26,483 bases of DNA. Source: Candidatus Scalinduaceae bacterium (GTDB taxonomy: Bacteria; Planctomycetota; Brocadiia; Brocadiales; Scalinduaceae). The notes beneath the pieces were generated by a model. The model saw nothing but the letters and a program-made list of their open reading frames with translations. It did no database searches and was not told the origin of the DNA. A program made the position numbers and the translations under genes. The stretch is taken from NCBI GenBank assembly GCA_046759445.1, contig JBHICG010000046.1:1-26483 (forward strand). The letters are read 5' to 3'. Shown here piece by piece: positions 1-10,425 of the stretch. Within the stretch, counting starts at the first letter, position 1, and each line of letters starts with the position of its first letter.

Positions 1-1
1 T

Positions 2-739
2 TGCATAAAGTTTATTCAATCCATAATCACTGCAGAATCGACAACTGTATGGACAGCCCCTGTTCATTTCAAATGTACCTGTCATAGCTATTTTTCCACC
101 CATTGGTTTGTAAAATCTTTTCTGGGCGAATATGCTCCAGTCCTGAAATGGTAACTTATCAATGTCTACGGGTTTTCTAATACCATTCTTAAATAATTTT
201 CCGTCCTTTTTAACCCAGATGTTTTGTATAGAGGTTATATCTTGTCTTTGTAGAATCTTTGTACATAACTCAACAAGAGCGTATTCTCCCTCTCCCACGC
301 ATACCATATCCACGCAATTCTCAGCAATAATTTCTTCAGGAGCAAAAGTAGCATAAATACCGCCCACAATTGTTGGAATATTGTAGTGCCTTATGCTTCT
401 CAGCATTTCTATTCCAAGTGTGTAGGTGCATTCTATACAAGACATGCCTATGATGTTTGGCGAGTACTCTTCAACTATCTTTTTAAGGTCTTCAAACAAA
501 TCGGTATCTTTGTATATTATTCCTAATTTTTCAGGATCAGTTTTCCTTACCTGAAGATTTCTTGCCCGTATTTCATCACCCGTTTCCTTTGATGTCTTGT
601 AAAAGGTAGTGTCAAATAGCTTTACCTGAAATCCCTTTTCTTTAAGACAGGCAGATATTAAAGAAAGTCCCACAGGTAGAAGGACATCCATCATTGTATT
701 ACAGTTAATTAACAAAACTTTGAAATCGCTGGTTTTCAT
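2..739 (-). CDS. B12-binding radical SAM protein, 5' part (runs off the window edge)
   Basis: Manual translation from ATG at 739: MKTSDFKVLLINCN...IVGGIYAT...VGEGE...RGCPYSCRFC. Shows a cobalamin-binding domain plus the CxxxCxxC motif, open to the window edge. Not in the ORF track. Confidence 0.92.
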   Translation of the reverse strand, partial: MKTSDFKVLLINCNTMMDVLLPVGLSLISACLKEKGFQVKLFDTTFYKTSKETGDEIRARNLQVRKTDPEKLGIIYKDTDLFEDLKKIVEEYSPNIIGMSCIECTYTLGIEMLRSIRHYNIPTIVGGIYATFAPEEIIAENCVDMVCVGEGEYALVELCTKILQRQDITSIQNIWVKKDGKLFKNGIRKPVDIDKLPFQDWSIFAQKRFYKPMGGKIAMTGTFEMNRGCPYSCRFCSDYGLNKLYA

Positions 740-758
740 GTTTATGGTATCCAACAAT

Positions 759-1184
759 AACCACAAAGGCATCAAGAGCACAAAGAGTAAAAGAAGTCAA
801 TTTACAATTCTACGAATACCTTCCTTTAAAACCGGAACGTTAAAATTTATTAAGAGTCCAAGCCATAAATCAGATAGTTTAAGATATGTCAGAAGTTGGG
901 CTTCATGTATTGGTTCAAATCGCTCAACGGTTTTCAGCTCAACAATAACTAAATTTTCTACTAATATATCTAACCTATACCCACAATCAAGATGAATACC
1001 TTTACAGGTTACTGGTAAAGGCTTTTGCCTTTCAAATGAAATTCCATTTAAAGTTAACTCATGACAAATACACCGTTCATAAGCTGATTCCAAAAGTCCC
1101 TGTCCTAAGAACCGATGTACCTCAATTGCCGCACCTATTATTTGCTTAGATAACTCATCACTTCTCTTTGTGTTCTTTGTGGTT
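759..1184. repeat. Imperfect inverted repeats of 9-nt CACAAAGRR units flanking the GxxExxY gene
   Basis: 759-787 AACCACAAAGGCATCAAGAGCACAAAGAG versus reverse complement of 1164-1184, AACCACAAAGAACACAAAGAG. Confidence 0.8.
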
Positions 1185-1190
1185 TTTCAT
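797..1190 (-). CDS. GxxExxY protein (PD-(D/E)XK nuclease-like); start region out of frame, possibly a pseudogene
   Basis: Frame reads [28 protein letters not shown]...[16 protein letters not shown]...[23 protein letters not shown]. The ATG at 1190 is one base out of frame, across an A5 run. Confidence 0.88.
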
Positions 1191-1996
1191 ATTCTTTTTA
1201 CTATATCTTTAACCCACTCTATACCTTCTTTGACTTCATTTGGTATACGGTCGTAATAAGACTGGTTATATTCAAATACTATATTACAGTCCTTATTGTT
1301 GGATAAAATTATTTCAAGTGTTTTTTTTATGTCTATCCAACCATCTTTTGCTTCTTGTGAGGGATGAACGGGCACATGGTTATATTTTTTGCAGTGGTTT
1401 AGATCCTTTGTGTTCCAGAGATGTATTGATTTAGTATAAGGCGCCATTATTTCTATGTCTTTAAAATAATTGCGATTTCGTGTTTCGGATATAAGGAATG
1501 TGTGGCCTATATCAATACAGATACCCAGCAAATGGTGATTAAGTACGAATTCTACAAATTGGATCGGTTTGTGAAACAAACCAGAATATCCCCCGAATTC
1601 AACATTAATAGGTATATTGTACTTATCTGCTAATTTGCAGAATCTTGATTCAGTATCACTTGCGAGCTTCAACACTTTTATTAAGTTTTTCGAATCTTCC
1701 ATCCAGTTTAAGTGAGTGACGACATAGTCAGCGTTCCAACCCCTGGCATAATGCAAAGTGCTGTTGATTAATTTGAAAGAAAGGGCTCTTTTTTTTGGAT
1801 CATCGTTAAGAAAAAAAGTAGTCACGCCCCTATATGGAAAATATGAGGGTCTGAAGAAGGGAACATGAAAGCTAAAGGGTAATTTCTTTTTGTTAATGAA
1901 TGCCTTTAGTTTTCCTAGTTTATCTTCTTGGTAATCAAAAACCTCGTATCTGTCTATTCCTGTATGTAAAAGGCTTATTGGCCTTGCTCTCTCCAT
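1187..1996 (-). CDS. Sugar phosphate isomerase/epimerase / AP-endonuclease-2 family TIM-barrel protein
   Basis: Metal-ligand motifs SFHVP, VVTH, INVE, CIDIGH, IHLWN, NHVP, IVFE. Start is ATG 1996 or alternatively 2041. Confidence 0.8.
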   Translation of the reverse strand: MERARPISLLHTGIDRYEVFDYQEDKLGKLKAFINKKKLPFSFHVPFFRPSYFPYRGVTTFFLNDDPKKRALSFKLINSTLHYARGWNADYVVTHLNWMEDSKNLIKVLKLASDTESRFCKLADKYNIPINVEFGGYSGLFHKPIQFVEFVLNHHLLGICIDIGHTFLISETRNRNYFKDIEIMAPYTKSIHLWNTKDLNHCKKYNHVPVHPSQEAKDGWIDIKKTLEIILSNNKDCNIVFEYNQSYYDRIPNEVKEGIEWVKDIVKRI

Positions 1997-2076
1997 TATA
2001 ATTAAATTAATTCTTCCTGTAACTATTGTCACTGAAAACATAAAGACATCAAGAGAACATTTTTAATGGCCTAGTC

Positions 2077-2085
2077 ATTATACCA
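2077..2085 (-). promoter_or_regulatory. Extended -10 promoter candidate for the TIM-barrel/GxxExxY/radical SAM operon
   Basis: TGGTATAAT on the minus strand matches TGnTATAAT. Confidence 0.45.
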
Positions 2086-2589
2086 GAGCAAATAAAGACG
2101 CCTACTTGGGGTATGGCAAGTTTTAATCGGTTACGACTAGCATCTTTTTGAAGTCACTTTTACCCTTTGACGATGTGGTTTTCGTAACCCTTACCCTAAC
2201 AATTTGTTAGTTATATGTCTTAATGCTTATGTCTTTGTGGCTATTTTGGAATTTTGTTTACGTAGCAAAACTATTTTTTTGATATTAAGTATACATGATT
2301 TTTTATTGTATGTTAAATGTTTTATTATATGTTTTATGCTTTAAGGATGATTCAGATCTTTCTAAGTCTAACTAACTCATGTATTTGATTTAACATATAT
2401 CTAAAAATTGCGGTTTGACTATGTTGACTTCTTGGTATATTGTATTTTCGACAGTTTAATGCTTACGCATCTCCTGCTACCGAAGAGTACAGTTTATATT
2501 ACGTCTCGTTTGGTATTCTGATAAATTTTAAAGATAGTAGATAATGAAATATATAAAAAGGATAGTATCTGATCCATCCATAATGCAGG

Positions 2590-3097
2590 ATGGTTTCAGA
2601 AACAGAAGAAAATTCGGGTATTAATAATATTGCACATACCATCATTTCCATGGATTAGATTTAATAACAGCCGTTGATGGTGTACCAAACTTGCCTTATC
2701 CTTCGGTATTTCTATGAGATAAATATGGGCACTTGTCGACTATTCCAGAGGATCTTGAAGGGTCGTATAAAGGGATTACCACGTCGATTCAACCAACCAT
2801 ATCTTTGCATGGTATCCACTGGGGTATCATGGTTTAGTAATTGATACAGAGGGGAGAAAGTTAAGCTCTCCTTATGAAAAAGATACCTTGCTTATTGGCT
2901 CAGGTGAGAGGTATGATATTCTATAAGATCCCATATTTTTCTTCTAAGAGGAAATGTCTATCTTGCAGTATAGGTCCTGGTATAAGCATAGCCCATGACC
3001 ACAACATGATGGGAATGGTAAGTCATGGAATATATCCACCGGACCAATGACTATCTTTGATGTGAGACCAAAAAGTACGAAACCAGAAATTAAATAA
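2590..3097 (+). pseudogene. Degraded multicopper oxidase (cupredoxin-domain) gene
   Basis: Colinear fragments in different frames: AHTI/HFHGLDLITAVDGVP (frameshift at 2643); FAWYPLGYHGLVIDTEGRKLSSPYEKDTLLIGSGERYDIL* (2780-2926); GISIAHDHNMMGMVSHGIYP/GPMTIFDV. Confidence 0.75.
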
Positions 3098-3195
3098 CAA
3101 CCCTTCTTACCAATAAACTACAAGAGGATAATTGCGCTCTCCAAAGGCCAATAAAACTTCTGCCGTAACAACTTCTATCCACCCTCCTAACACTT

Positions 3196-3813
3196 TTATT
3201 GATCTCTGGAATGCTCATCGACAATCTTATCATGTCCTGCTAAAACGTTTCTTGTTATCTCACGGATATGCCAAGTGATATTCTTTATAGAATCGAGAAT
3301 ATCAAGATAAAAAGGAGCAGACTTTGGCATACACACGCCAGATATGAGCCTCTCCTCATGAAAGACGATATTCATCTGCTAGATCACACAATATCTTTCC
3401 TTCCCTATTGATATGTTCAGCTAGCACCCTATTGCCAGTAACGACACAGTCACCCAAGCAAATCAATAGTTCTTTTGTTTTATCAAGTAATTTGTATGCT
3501 TCGGATATAGATTTATCCGAAAACAAAATGTTTTCTCTTATCTTTGTCCTTATACAGTTAAATAGACTATCCAATCTATCTCCTATACGCTCTAAATGCC
3601 CAGGAACGGGGATAAGGTGTTGATATCATCTTCCGTTTTTTCATCAAGAAAGGATTTAGTTAGATCAATGGATTCCTTATGAAGCTTTCTTCCAATATCC
3701 TCTATATCTTTTAGAGATTCCAAGTTGTGTGTATTAAATCCCTTACATATTGTATCTAGCATCTCTTTTGCATGACTAATTATCCCTAAAAGTTCTTTAG
3801 TATGGTAGGCCAT
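3196..3813 (-). pseudogene. PhoU-like (Na/Pi-cotransporter C-terminal type) helical protein with two frameshifts
   Basis: Three joinable segments: MAYHTKELL...; VPGHLERIGDRLDSL...ILFSDKS...; HEERLISGVCMPKSAPFYLDILDSIKNITWHIREI...*. Frameshifts near 3615 and 3362. Confidence 0.75.
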
Positions 3814-4434
3814 GTTAATGTTCCATGGTTTCAATTATATGACATGAGAAAGTTGTAACTTCTTTATTTAAAAATTAAGAGGTTTCTGCTGAGAAGCTTA
3901 ATAGTCATTTTAATAACAAACTATAAACAAGATATATTCCCACAAAATATATAAACAGGAAAAAAAGATTGGTAGCATTTAATACCTTGTGAATTCCATA
4001 GCTTGTTGATGTTAAATCTCTGTTGGAGCTATAATTAGTTATCGAATGCGGAATATTTAATGGAAGGGTAATTATTATTGTAATTGATTATTTAAGTAAC
4101 TCAACAAGATAAACTGCTCGGGAGTTTACACAGGCAGCAACTGTTTTGAGAAGGTATGTTATTGCTCATCGTTTTTGGGTCCGATGTTACTATGGTTGTA
4201 TGGTGTGTTTGGGTGAGGGAAAGATGAAGATACATTAAAGATCAAGCTGTAAGCGAATTAATCGAAGACAAATACGATACTGATCTGAGCAATCCCTTTT
4301 AGGGAGTGCAGTATATTAATATGCACAAGCTTTAATAAATCTATTCCAAGATATATCACACTTTACAAAATATATATTGAATTTATAAATGGGCAGACTA
4401 TTTCCACTTTACTCTTTAATCATCTGATGATCTG

Positions 4435-6171
4435 TCAACTTAATGAACTACTCACTTTTTCCAGACGGTCTTCCTCTATTTCCACCACTGGTGTCAGCGC
4501 TTCATCCATATAAGAATGCTTTGAAGGATCACGTTTGATTCGCTTACGCATGGACCTTAGTTTCATGAAATAAATAGCAAGAGCCATGAAAGTACTGATC
4601 TTTTCCCATGCCCGACGTGGATAGAAGATTAGACAGTTCTCTTGAGGCATACCAGGACGCCTTTGGGTTCGTATCTTTCGCCTAAAGAGACCTCCCTGGA
4701 GTGGGTGTATATTCTGGTACTTGATTGTCCCGTAGAATTGAAAGATATGTAGCATTACTCTGCTTGGATTAGGACCATCTGCTGCAGCGCGACGCATTAA
4801 GGTTTCTACGTGCTTGGGTGAATAATAAATATCCCAAGCCTTTTTATAGATATTTTCCCACTCGTCTTTAGACATGCGTGGATGGGCTGTAGTTACATGC
4901 TCAAGGTCATATTTGTTCTTGTCGGGATCCATCCAAATGTTCTTGGTATATAAGTTCTTGTGATCTTCTGAACCTGGCAGGGGGGTTAGGCAGAAAAACT
5001 CCAATAGATCGACTGGCAATTCTCTTTGGATTATCTTAATGTCACGTTCGATTGTTTCAGGAGTGTCGGCAGGGAACCCGAGAATATAACCGGATAGCGT
5101 AACGATCCGAGCATTATGCCATGTTTGAAACATCTTTCGATACTCTGAGATACGATTCTGACTTTTCTTTACGGACATCAGATTTTCAGGGTTAATATTT
5201 TCTAAGCCAATGAACACTCTTTTGCACCCTGACGCAGCTGCCTTTGTCACAAAATTTGGGATTTTGTAAGAAAGAGCATCAACTTGAATAGTGAGCCTCA
5301 TCTGCCTAAGGCCATGATTTTCACGAAGGTCTATCAATCTATCAAAGATCGCTTCCCAATTCTTGTTACGTGCAAAGTTATCATCGGTAATGAAGAATTC
5401 GGTGATACCCTGCTCAATGTTGGAGCGAACCAACTTTTCCACATCATCAGCGCTGCGGTATCGTGATTTACGACCCTGAACGTTTATGACAGTACAGAAA
5501 CTACATTGGAACGAGCATCCACGGCCTGCGTCAAAGCAGCCAATCATGTTAACGATTTTTTTGGAAACATTTCTTGGCACTAAAGGTGTTACTTGCCCCT
5601 TCATGTTAGGCAGATCTCCCAGGAAGTTATATATTGGCTTCATACGCTCGTGATAAACGTCCTTGAAGACGTTTGCAAGCCGTCCATCCTCAGCTTCACC
5701 TACGAACAGTGTAATGCCTATATCCAAGGCTTCTTTAAGGTCGTCCGGAATCTGAGGTAACATGGCTATACAACCGCTTGGATGGAAACCACCAATTGCA
5801 ACTTGGATGTTTTCAATGAGAAACTGTTTGGCGATGTCGATGGCACGAGGAAACTGATTAGATTGGACTCCAACCAGGAAAACAATCCCACGTCCACCAC
5901 CTTTTTTGAACCTGTAAATAATGTCCTTAATAGGTATGACTGTGTTGATCTCGTCGTAGACATTAATGACAAATTCAACATTGTTACCAAGAATTTTTCG
6001 CTTGGCAGCGTCAAGGCTCAGGCTATATAAGCAGGCAAGCGAATTAGATGGAATCCAAGACTTCCACCATTGGATGACATATCCATCATCATCATAATGG
6101 GATGGTTTGATCAATTCGACAAAGAACTTTTCGTTAGCAGTGACCTTCATTTGGATAAGTTTGTAACGCAA
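4435..6171 (-). CDS. B12-binding-type radical SAM protein
   Basis: IKPSHYDDDGYVIQW N-terminus, GGFHPSG, GEAE, GRGCSFQCSFC, TDDNF, YILGFP. Start may be ATG 6150. Confidence 0.9.
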   Translation of the reverse strand: MRYKLIQMKVTANEKFFVELIKPSHYDDDGYVIQWWKSWIPSNSLACLYSLSLDAAKRKILGNNVEFVINVYDEINTVIPIKDIIYRFKKGGGRGIVFLVGVQSNQFPRAIDIAKQFLIENIQVAIGGFHPSGCIAMLPQIPDDLKEALDIGITLFVGEAEDGRLANVFKDVYHERMKPIYNFLGDLPNMKGQVTPLVPRNVSKKIVNMIGCFDAGRGCSFQCSFCTVINVQGRKSRYRSADDVEKLVRSNIEQGITEFFITDDNFARNKNWEAIFDRLIDLRENHGLRQMRLTIQVDALSYKIPNFVTKAAASGCKRVFIGLENINPENLMSVKKSQNRISEYRKMFQTWHNARIVTLSGYILGFPADTPETIERDIKIIQRELPVDLLEFFCLTPLPGSEDHKNLYTKNIWMDPDKNKYDLEHVTTAHPRMSKDEWENIYKKAWDIYYSPKHVETLMRRAAADGPNPSRVMLHIFQFYGTIKYQNIHPLQGGLFRRKIRTQRRPGMPQENCLIFYPRRAWEKISTFMALAIYFMKLRSMRKRIKRDPSKHSYMDEALTPVVEIEEDRLEKVSSSLS

Positions 6172-6236
6172 ATGTAAAAAATGTTACGACCTGGCATAAC
6201 TTTGTTAAAGCATATGTCTTTCAAAGCAAATTAGAA

Positions 6237-7319
6237 CTAATTAAAGACAGCTTTCCCGATCTTGCGCCTGAGATTCATTAGCAATTCACGAAACATTAAT
6301 TTTTTATTTTCCAATGCCTTCATGTGAAACGGTAGGACGCAACCACAACGTTCACAGTCTGCAAGCGGTCCCATCATGCAGGGGCGTTTCCTTCTTCCCT
6401 GCGGGTCAAGGCAATAAGTTACTTGTTTAAAAAGACAATTCATGGTTATTTCTCTGCACCTGTCTGACTTCATCATCTCAAGTACGTATCTTGGTACGGA
6501 AATAAAATCACCGTATTTTTTTTCTTTTAGCCTTATTAATTTATCAATAACATGATCCCTTAATTCCCATCCTGGCCACAATTCATCATTATATTGCAGG
6601 CCTTTAACAGGCGTGTGCATCTGAAATAAGCAACCTCTTACGGACGTACCACTCCATTCTTCAAGAAATGCTTCTATGCCCTCGTAGTTGGTCTTATTTA
6701 CGACCATGGATACAATTATTTTTAAATCTGGTCGGTCAATGTTCTTCTTTATTTTAGCATGACATCCTTTTCCACGAATTGCATCATGCATATCTTCTGG
6801 CCCATCTATTGCAATATAGAAATTAACATCTGGCCATTCTGGTAACGGAATAGTCCCATTAGTAGCAACCAGGTTTGATTTGAAATACTTCATGCCCTTT
6901 TCTATCAAGTCTTTGCGCAAGAGAGGTTCTCCGCCTATCCATGAACATTGATAAAATGGGAAATCTGTATCCTTTAGTTCCTCTAGTTTATCAATCCATT
7001 CTCCATCTGTAAGTTCCCTCTCAACCTCATAATCATGTGCATAGAAGTAACAGTGCTTGCAGCGGAGATTGCATCTGTTTGTAATATCTAATGAACTAAT
7101 AGCGCCTTTTGGTTTGCCAATAATGTCAAATTTGCCAAGGTCATATAATTTAAAGAGGAACTTTGTCGATTTTTTGCCTATCGTACTTGAAGAAATGTTG
7201 AAGAGCGTATCTCTAAATGTCTTCTTTGGTCCTATCTTCTTCCGATTCATTAATTGTGAATCTGCATCTATAGATTTTTCAAGCTTTTCTTTAACTATCA
7301 TATGAGTACAATTAAACAA
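6237..7319 (-). CDS. Radical SAM protein with C-terminal Cys-rich (SPASM/twitch-like) region
   Basis: CNLRCKHC, GGEP, TNG motifs; C-terminal C..C..PC..DCERCGC. True start is probably slightly downstream. Confidence 0.88.
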   Translation of the reverse strand: MFNCTHMIVKEKLEKSIDADSQLMNRKKIGPKKTFRDTLFNISSSTIGKKSTKFLFKLYDLGKFDIIGKPKGAISSLDITNRCNLRCKHCYFYAHDYEVERELTDGEWIDKLEELKDTDFPFYQCSWIGGEPLLRKDLIEKGMKYFKSNLVATNGTIPLPEWPDVNFYIAIDGPEDMHDAIRGKGCHAKIKKNIDRPDLKIIVSMVVNKTNYEGIEAFLEEWSGTSVRGCLFQMHTPVKGLQYNDELWPGWELRDHVIDKLIRLKEKKYGDFISVPRYVLEMMKSDRCREITMNCLFKQVTYCLDPQGRRKRPCMMGPLADCERCGCVLPFHMKALENKKLMFRELLMNLRRKIGKAVFN

Positions 7320-7441
7320 ATAATCTACTGAAAAGCAATAAATATTTAAGGTAACAAAATACGAATTTTAGATAAGTGAAATATTTGAAATTATGAAGTG
7401 AAACTTCTTACAGTAGAAGTTGGAAAGTCATAGACGTCTAC

Positions 7442-7993
7442 TTATTTACCTTTATGATTATAACAATTTTCTTTCAATACTCCAATGTAAGGCAGGTTCC
7501 TGTATTTGTTGTCAAAATCTAAGCCGTAGCCTACCACAAAGTTATCTTCTATTTCAAAACAACAATAGTCCGGAACAATATTCATTTCTCTTCTTGCAGG
7601 TTTATTAAGGAACGTGCATACTCTTATTGATAGGGGATTGTGCTTTTCGATTATTTGTTTAATTTTAGCGAGAGTCCTCCCTGTGTCCAGTATGTCATCC
7701 ACAATAAGGACGTGTTCGCCCTTTATGTCTAGTCTGATTTCGTTAATAATTTCAATTTCCTTTTTTGGAGAAGTAACACCTCCGATATAGGCGTTAACCC
7801 TAATAGTATCTATCTTAACGGGAAAAGTAAGAAGTCGAATAAGGTCCGAAAGAAATATTAGGCTGCCATTTAAGATACTGATTATTGTCAGGTTTTTTTG
7901 TTTGTAGTCAATGGCAATTTTTTTTGCCAGTTTTTTTACCTCGTCTTTGATTCTGCTTTCGTTGATTAGGACTTTTTCGATGTCTTTTTCCAT
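7442..7993 (-). CDS. hpt: Hypoxanthine phosphoribosyltransferase
   Basis: PRPP-binding VLIVDDILDTGRTL, plus FVVGYGLD and YRNLPYIG. Confidence 0.95.
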   Translation of the reverse strand: MEKDIEKVLINESRIKDEVKKLAKKIAIDYKQKNLTIISILNGSLIFLSDLIRLLTFPVKIDTIRVNAYIGGVTSPKKEIEIINEIRLDIKGEHVLIVDDILDTGRTLAKIKQIIEKHNPLSIRVCTFLNKPARREMNIVPDYCCFEIEDNFVVGYGLDFDNKYRNLPYIGVLKENCYNHKGK

Positions 7994-8449
7994 TTGTAAG
8001 ACTCAGGAGTTTAACCTTTAGTTTAGAAATTTCTGAGCACTAAAGGATTATAACTGACATTATCTTTTCAGTCTAGAATTGAATTATGTTTCCTGATGGT
8101 TTAAGGACTTCTTTAAGACGTTTATATGCATGTAGTATGGTAGTCGTAAGAGTAATCACTATATAAATATAATCATTATGATACATAATTTATTAAGATT
8201 CAATCGTAAAGTAAAAAGATTTCCAAACACATTGTCCGGTATGTTTGGCTCCGTTTAAAAATAAATATAAAAGACTTGTTGAATAGTTCATGTAATAATT
8301 CTTGTTGAATGGGTATGGGAGGATAAAGATAAAACCACATTACGAGAAGATGACTTTGCTTATGCTTGATTGAAGAAATTGAGGTATTGTTAGAGCCGTG
8401 ATCACGAGCCAGCATATAGATGTGTTAAATGTATAAGAAGTAAGCTGAG

Positions 8450-10000
8450 CTATTGACAGTCTTTACATAATAAGTTACTAATCATTTTGTTTAACTGTTT
8501 AAAATCCAATGGCTTATCAAGAATAAAATCAACTCCTTCTTTTACATAGTCAAATTTATCCTTAACTAATTCGCAACCCGTAATTAATACGAAAGGGGTT
8601 TTTGCCGTTTTTCTAATAGCATCAAGGTCTTTTATATATCTGGCAACTTTCCAACCATTTACTTTTGGCATCGCCAGATCACACAACACAATATCAAATA
8701 TCTTGTTCTTGTACATCCTTAAACCAGTATTTGCATCATTTGCCGTAAATACACTATGACCGTGTTTTTCAAGCATAATCTTCATCATATCCAGTATTAC
8801 TTCCTCTTCTTCTATTACGAGGATTTTGGCTTTATAATTAGAGATTAATTTGCCTTTATTCTCACACTCCGCTATTTCTGCCTGAAACAAAGGCATTTCT
8901 ATATGTACGGTAGTACCTTTGCCATAACAACTATCTATGCTAATCTCACCGCCATACCTTGTTACTATCTTATCCACTATGCTCATACCAAGGCCAGTCC
9001 TTTTTATTCCTTTTGTTGAGAAGAATGGTTCAAAAATCTTGTCTTTGATCTCATCTCTTATTCCGATTCCATTGTCTGCAATAGAAAGAATGACACTTTT
9101 GGCGTCAAATTTTGCACTGAATTTAATTTTGCCCCCGTTTGGCATAGCATCAACACTATTATTAATAATATTTACGAATACCTCTCTTAATTCTGATGGG
9201 TTAGATCTGATATAATGTTTTGAAGGAATCAGGAAATTTTTGATAATCTTGTATTCAATCCCCTTTGCTTGTGCTTCTCTTTTCCATCTTGGCATAGTAA
9301 ATTCAATCGCTTCATTAACGACTTCAGCCAGGTTGGCATGTAGTACGCCAGAATAATTTGGTTTAGTCCTTGAGAATTGCTGAATCTTATCTACAATTGT
9401 TGCTCCGTCCCTTGCTGCTTTCTCAATAATATTAATAGTATCCGAAACATGTGCATTAGTACTTTCAAGCTTCAACTTTAAGATATCTAGATAACCAAGT
9501 ATTATCCCCAATATATTATTTAACTCATGTGCTACACCACTAGACTGTAAACCTAAAGCATTTAATTTATCAATTTGAGATAATTTATTCTCAAGCTTTA
9601 TTCTTTCTGTAATATCCCTTAAAACACCTTCAATTTGTACAATCTCATCGTTTTCACCATAATTTACTCTTGCATTTAATTCTAGATGTTTGATATGGCC
9701 TTCTACTGTCTTTATTCTAAACTCAAAGCATTCTATATACTCTTTCTTGCTTAAAAACAAGTTTTTAAAAAAATCGACAAATCTTTTGCTATCTGCTTCA
9801 TAAATCAACTCATACAAGTTTACGTTATTAATAACATCTTTGGAGCAACCAAAGACTCTTTGGCCGGCAGGGTTAATTGTGGTAACGTTTAATTCCTTAT
9901 CTGCAGTAAAGAATATGTCTAAGATATCTTCAATAAGTGTTTTATATTTTAATTCTGACTCTACTAATTTCTCCTTAAAGATTTCTTTTCTCTTACGCAT
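8450..10000 (-). CDS. PAS-domain hybrid sensor histidine kinase / response regulator
   Basis: PAS domain, H-box AHELNN, N-box NIINNSVDAM, DNGIG, FEPFFSTKG, TGLG, receiver DIVLCDLAMP...KP. Confidence 0.93.
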   Translation of the reverse strand: MRKRKEIFKEKLVESELKYKTLIEDILDIFFTADKELNVTTINPAGQRVFGCSKDVINNVNLYELIYEADSKRFVDFFKNLFLSKKEYIECFEFRIKTVEGHIKHLELNARVNYGENDEIVQIEGVLRDITERIKLENKLSQIDKLNALGLQSSGVAHELNNILGIILGYLDILKLKLESTNAHVSDTINIIEKAARDGATIVDKIQQFSRTKPNYSGVLHANLAEVVNEAIEFTMPRWKREAQAKGIEYKIIKNFLIPSKHYIRSNPSELREVFVNIINNSVDAMPNGGKIKFSAKFDAKSVILSIADNGIGIRDEIKDKIFEPFFSTKGIKRTGLGMSIVDKIVTRYGGEISIDSCYGKGTTVHIEMPLFQAEIAECENKGKLISNYKAKILVIEEEEVILDMMKIMLEKHGHSVFTANDANTGLRMYKNKIFDIVLCDLAMPKVNGWKVARYIKDLDAIRKTAKTPFVLITGCELVKDKFDYVKEGVDFILDKPLDFKQLNKMISNLLCKDCQ

Positions 10001-10425
10001 TATAATTTACTTTGAAACTTCAGTGGGATTTATTGTGATTCTCTTATGTAGTTCTTATAGGGAGAAAAATAAATATTGGGATAATGTAACAAAATAGTAC
10101 AGGCGTGTATCATATTAATACAATAGCCTATTGATAAAAAAAGTTAAGAATTTGAACTGTTATGGAAATAGAATGTTAAAAGACGGTTTATGAAGGTTTA
10201 TGTTAGCTCATTTCTTTTATGAAAAAATCAAAGTAACATTTATTACCGTGGTCATTAATTCACTAAGGATTACACAATAAACATGCCCAAGTGTAGGATT
10301 TGTAGACGTTTTTACTAATGGAGGGTATTATGTTATGCATTTTAGCTTGTAATCTTAGACAGCTTTTTGTAAGATTTCGAACTAACTCAAACTTTCGAAG
10401 ATATAATAGTTAAAGAAAAGACATA

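Noticed and set aside
2060..2190. Fluoride or c-di-GMP-II riboswitch
   Set aside because: Only short partial motifs (GACGCCTAC; TAGTCGTAACCG); core elements are missing.
3840..4430. Gene remnant or structured RNA around 4110-4310
   Set aside because: No recognisable protein motif, and only a 6-bp stem.
8178..8420. Gene relic: FNRKVKRFPNTLSGMFG resembles the LemA C-terminus; another frame gives HCPVC
   Set aside because: Two incompatible readings of a very short segment; cannot be separated from chance without a search. ORF 8200-8415 also looks spurious.
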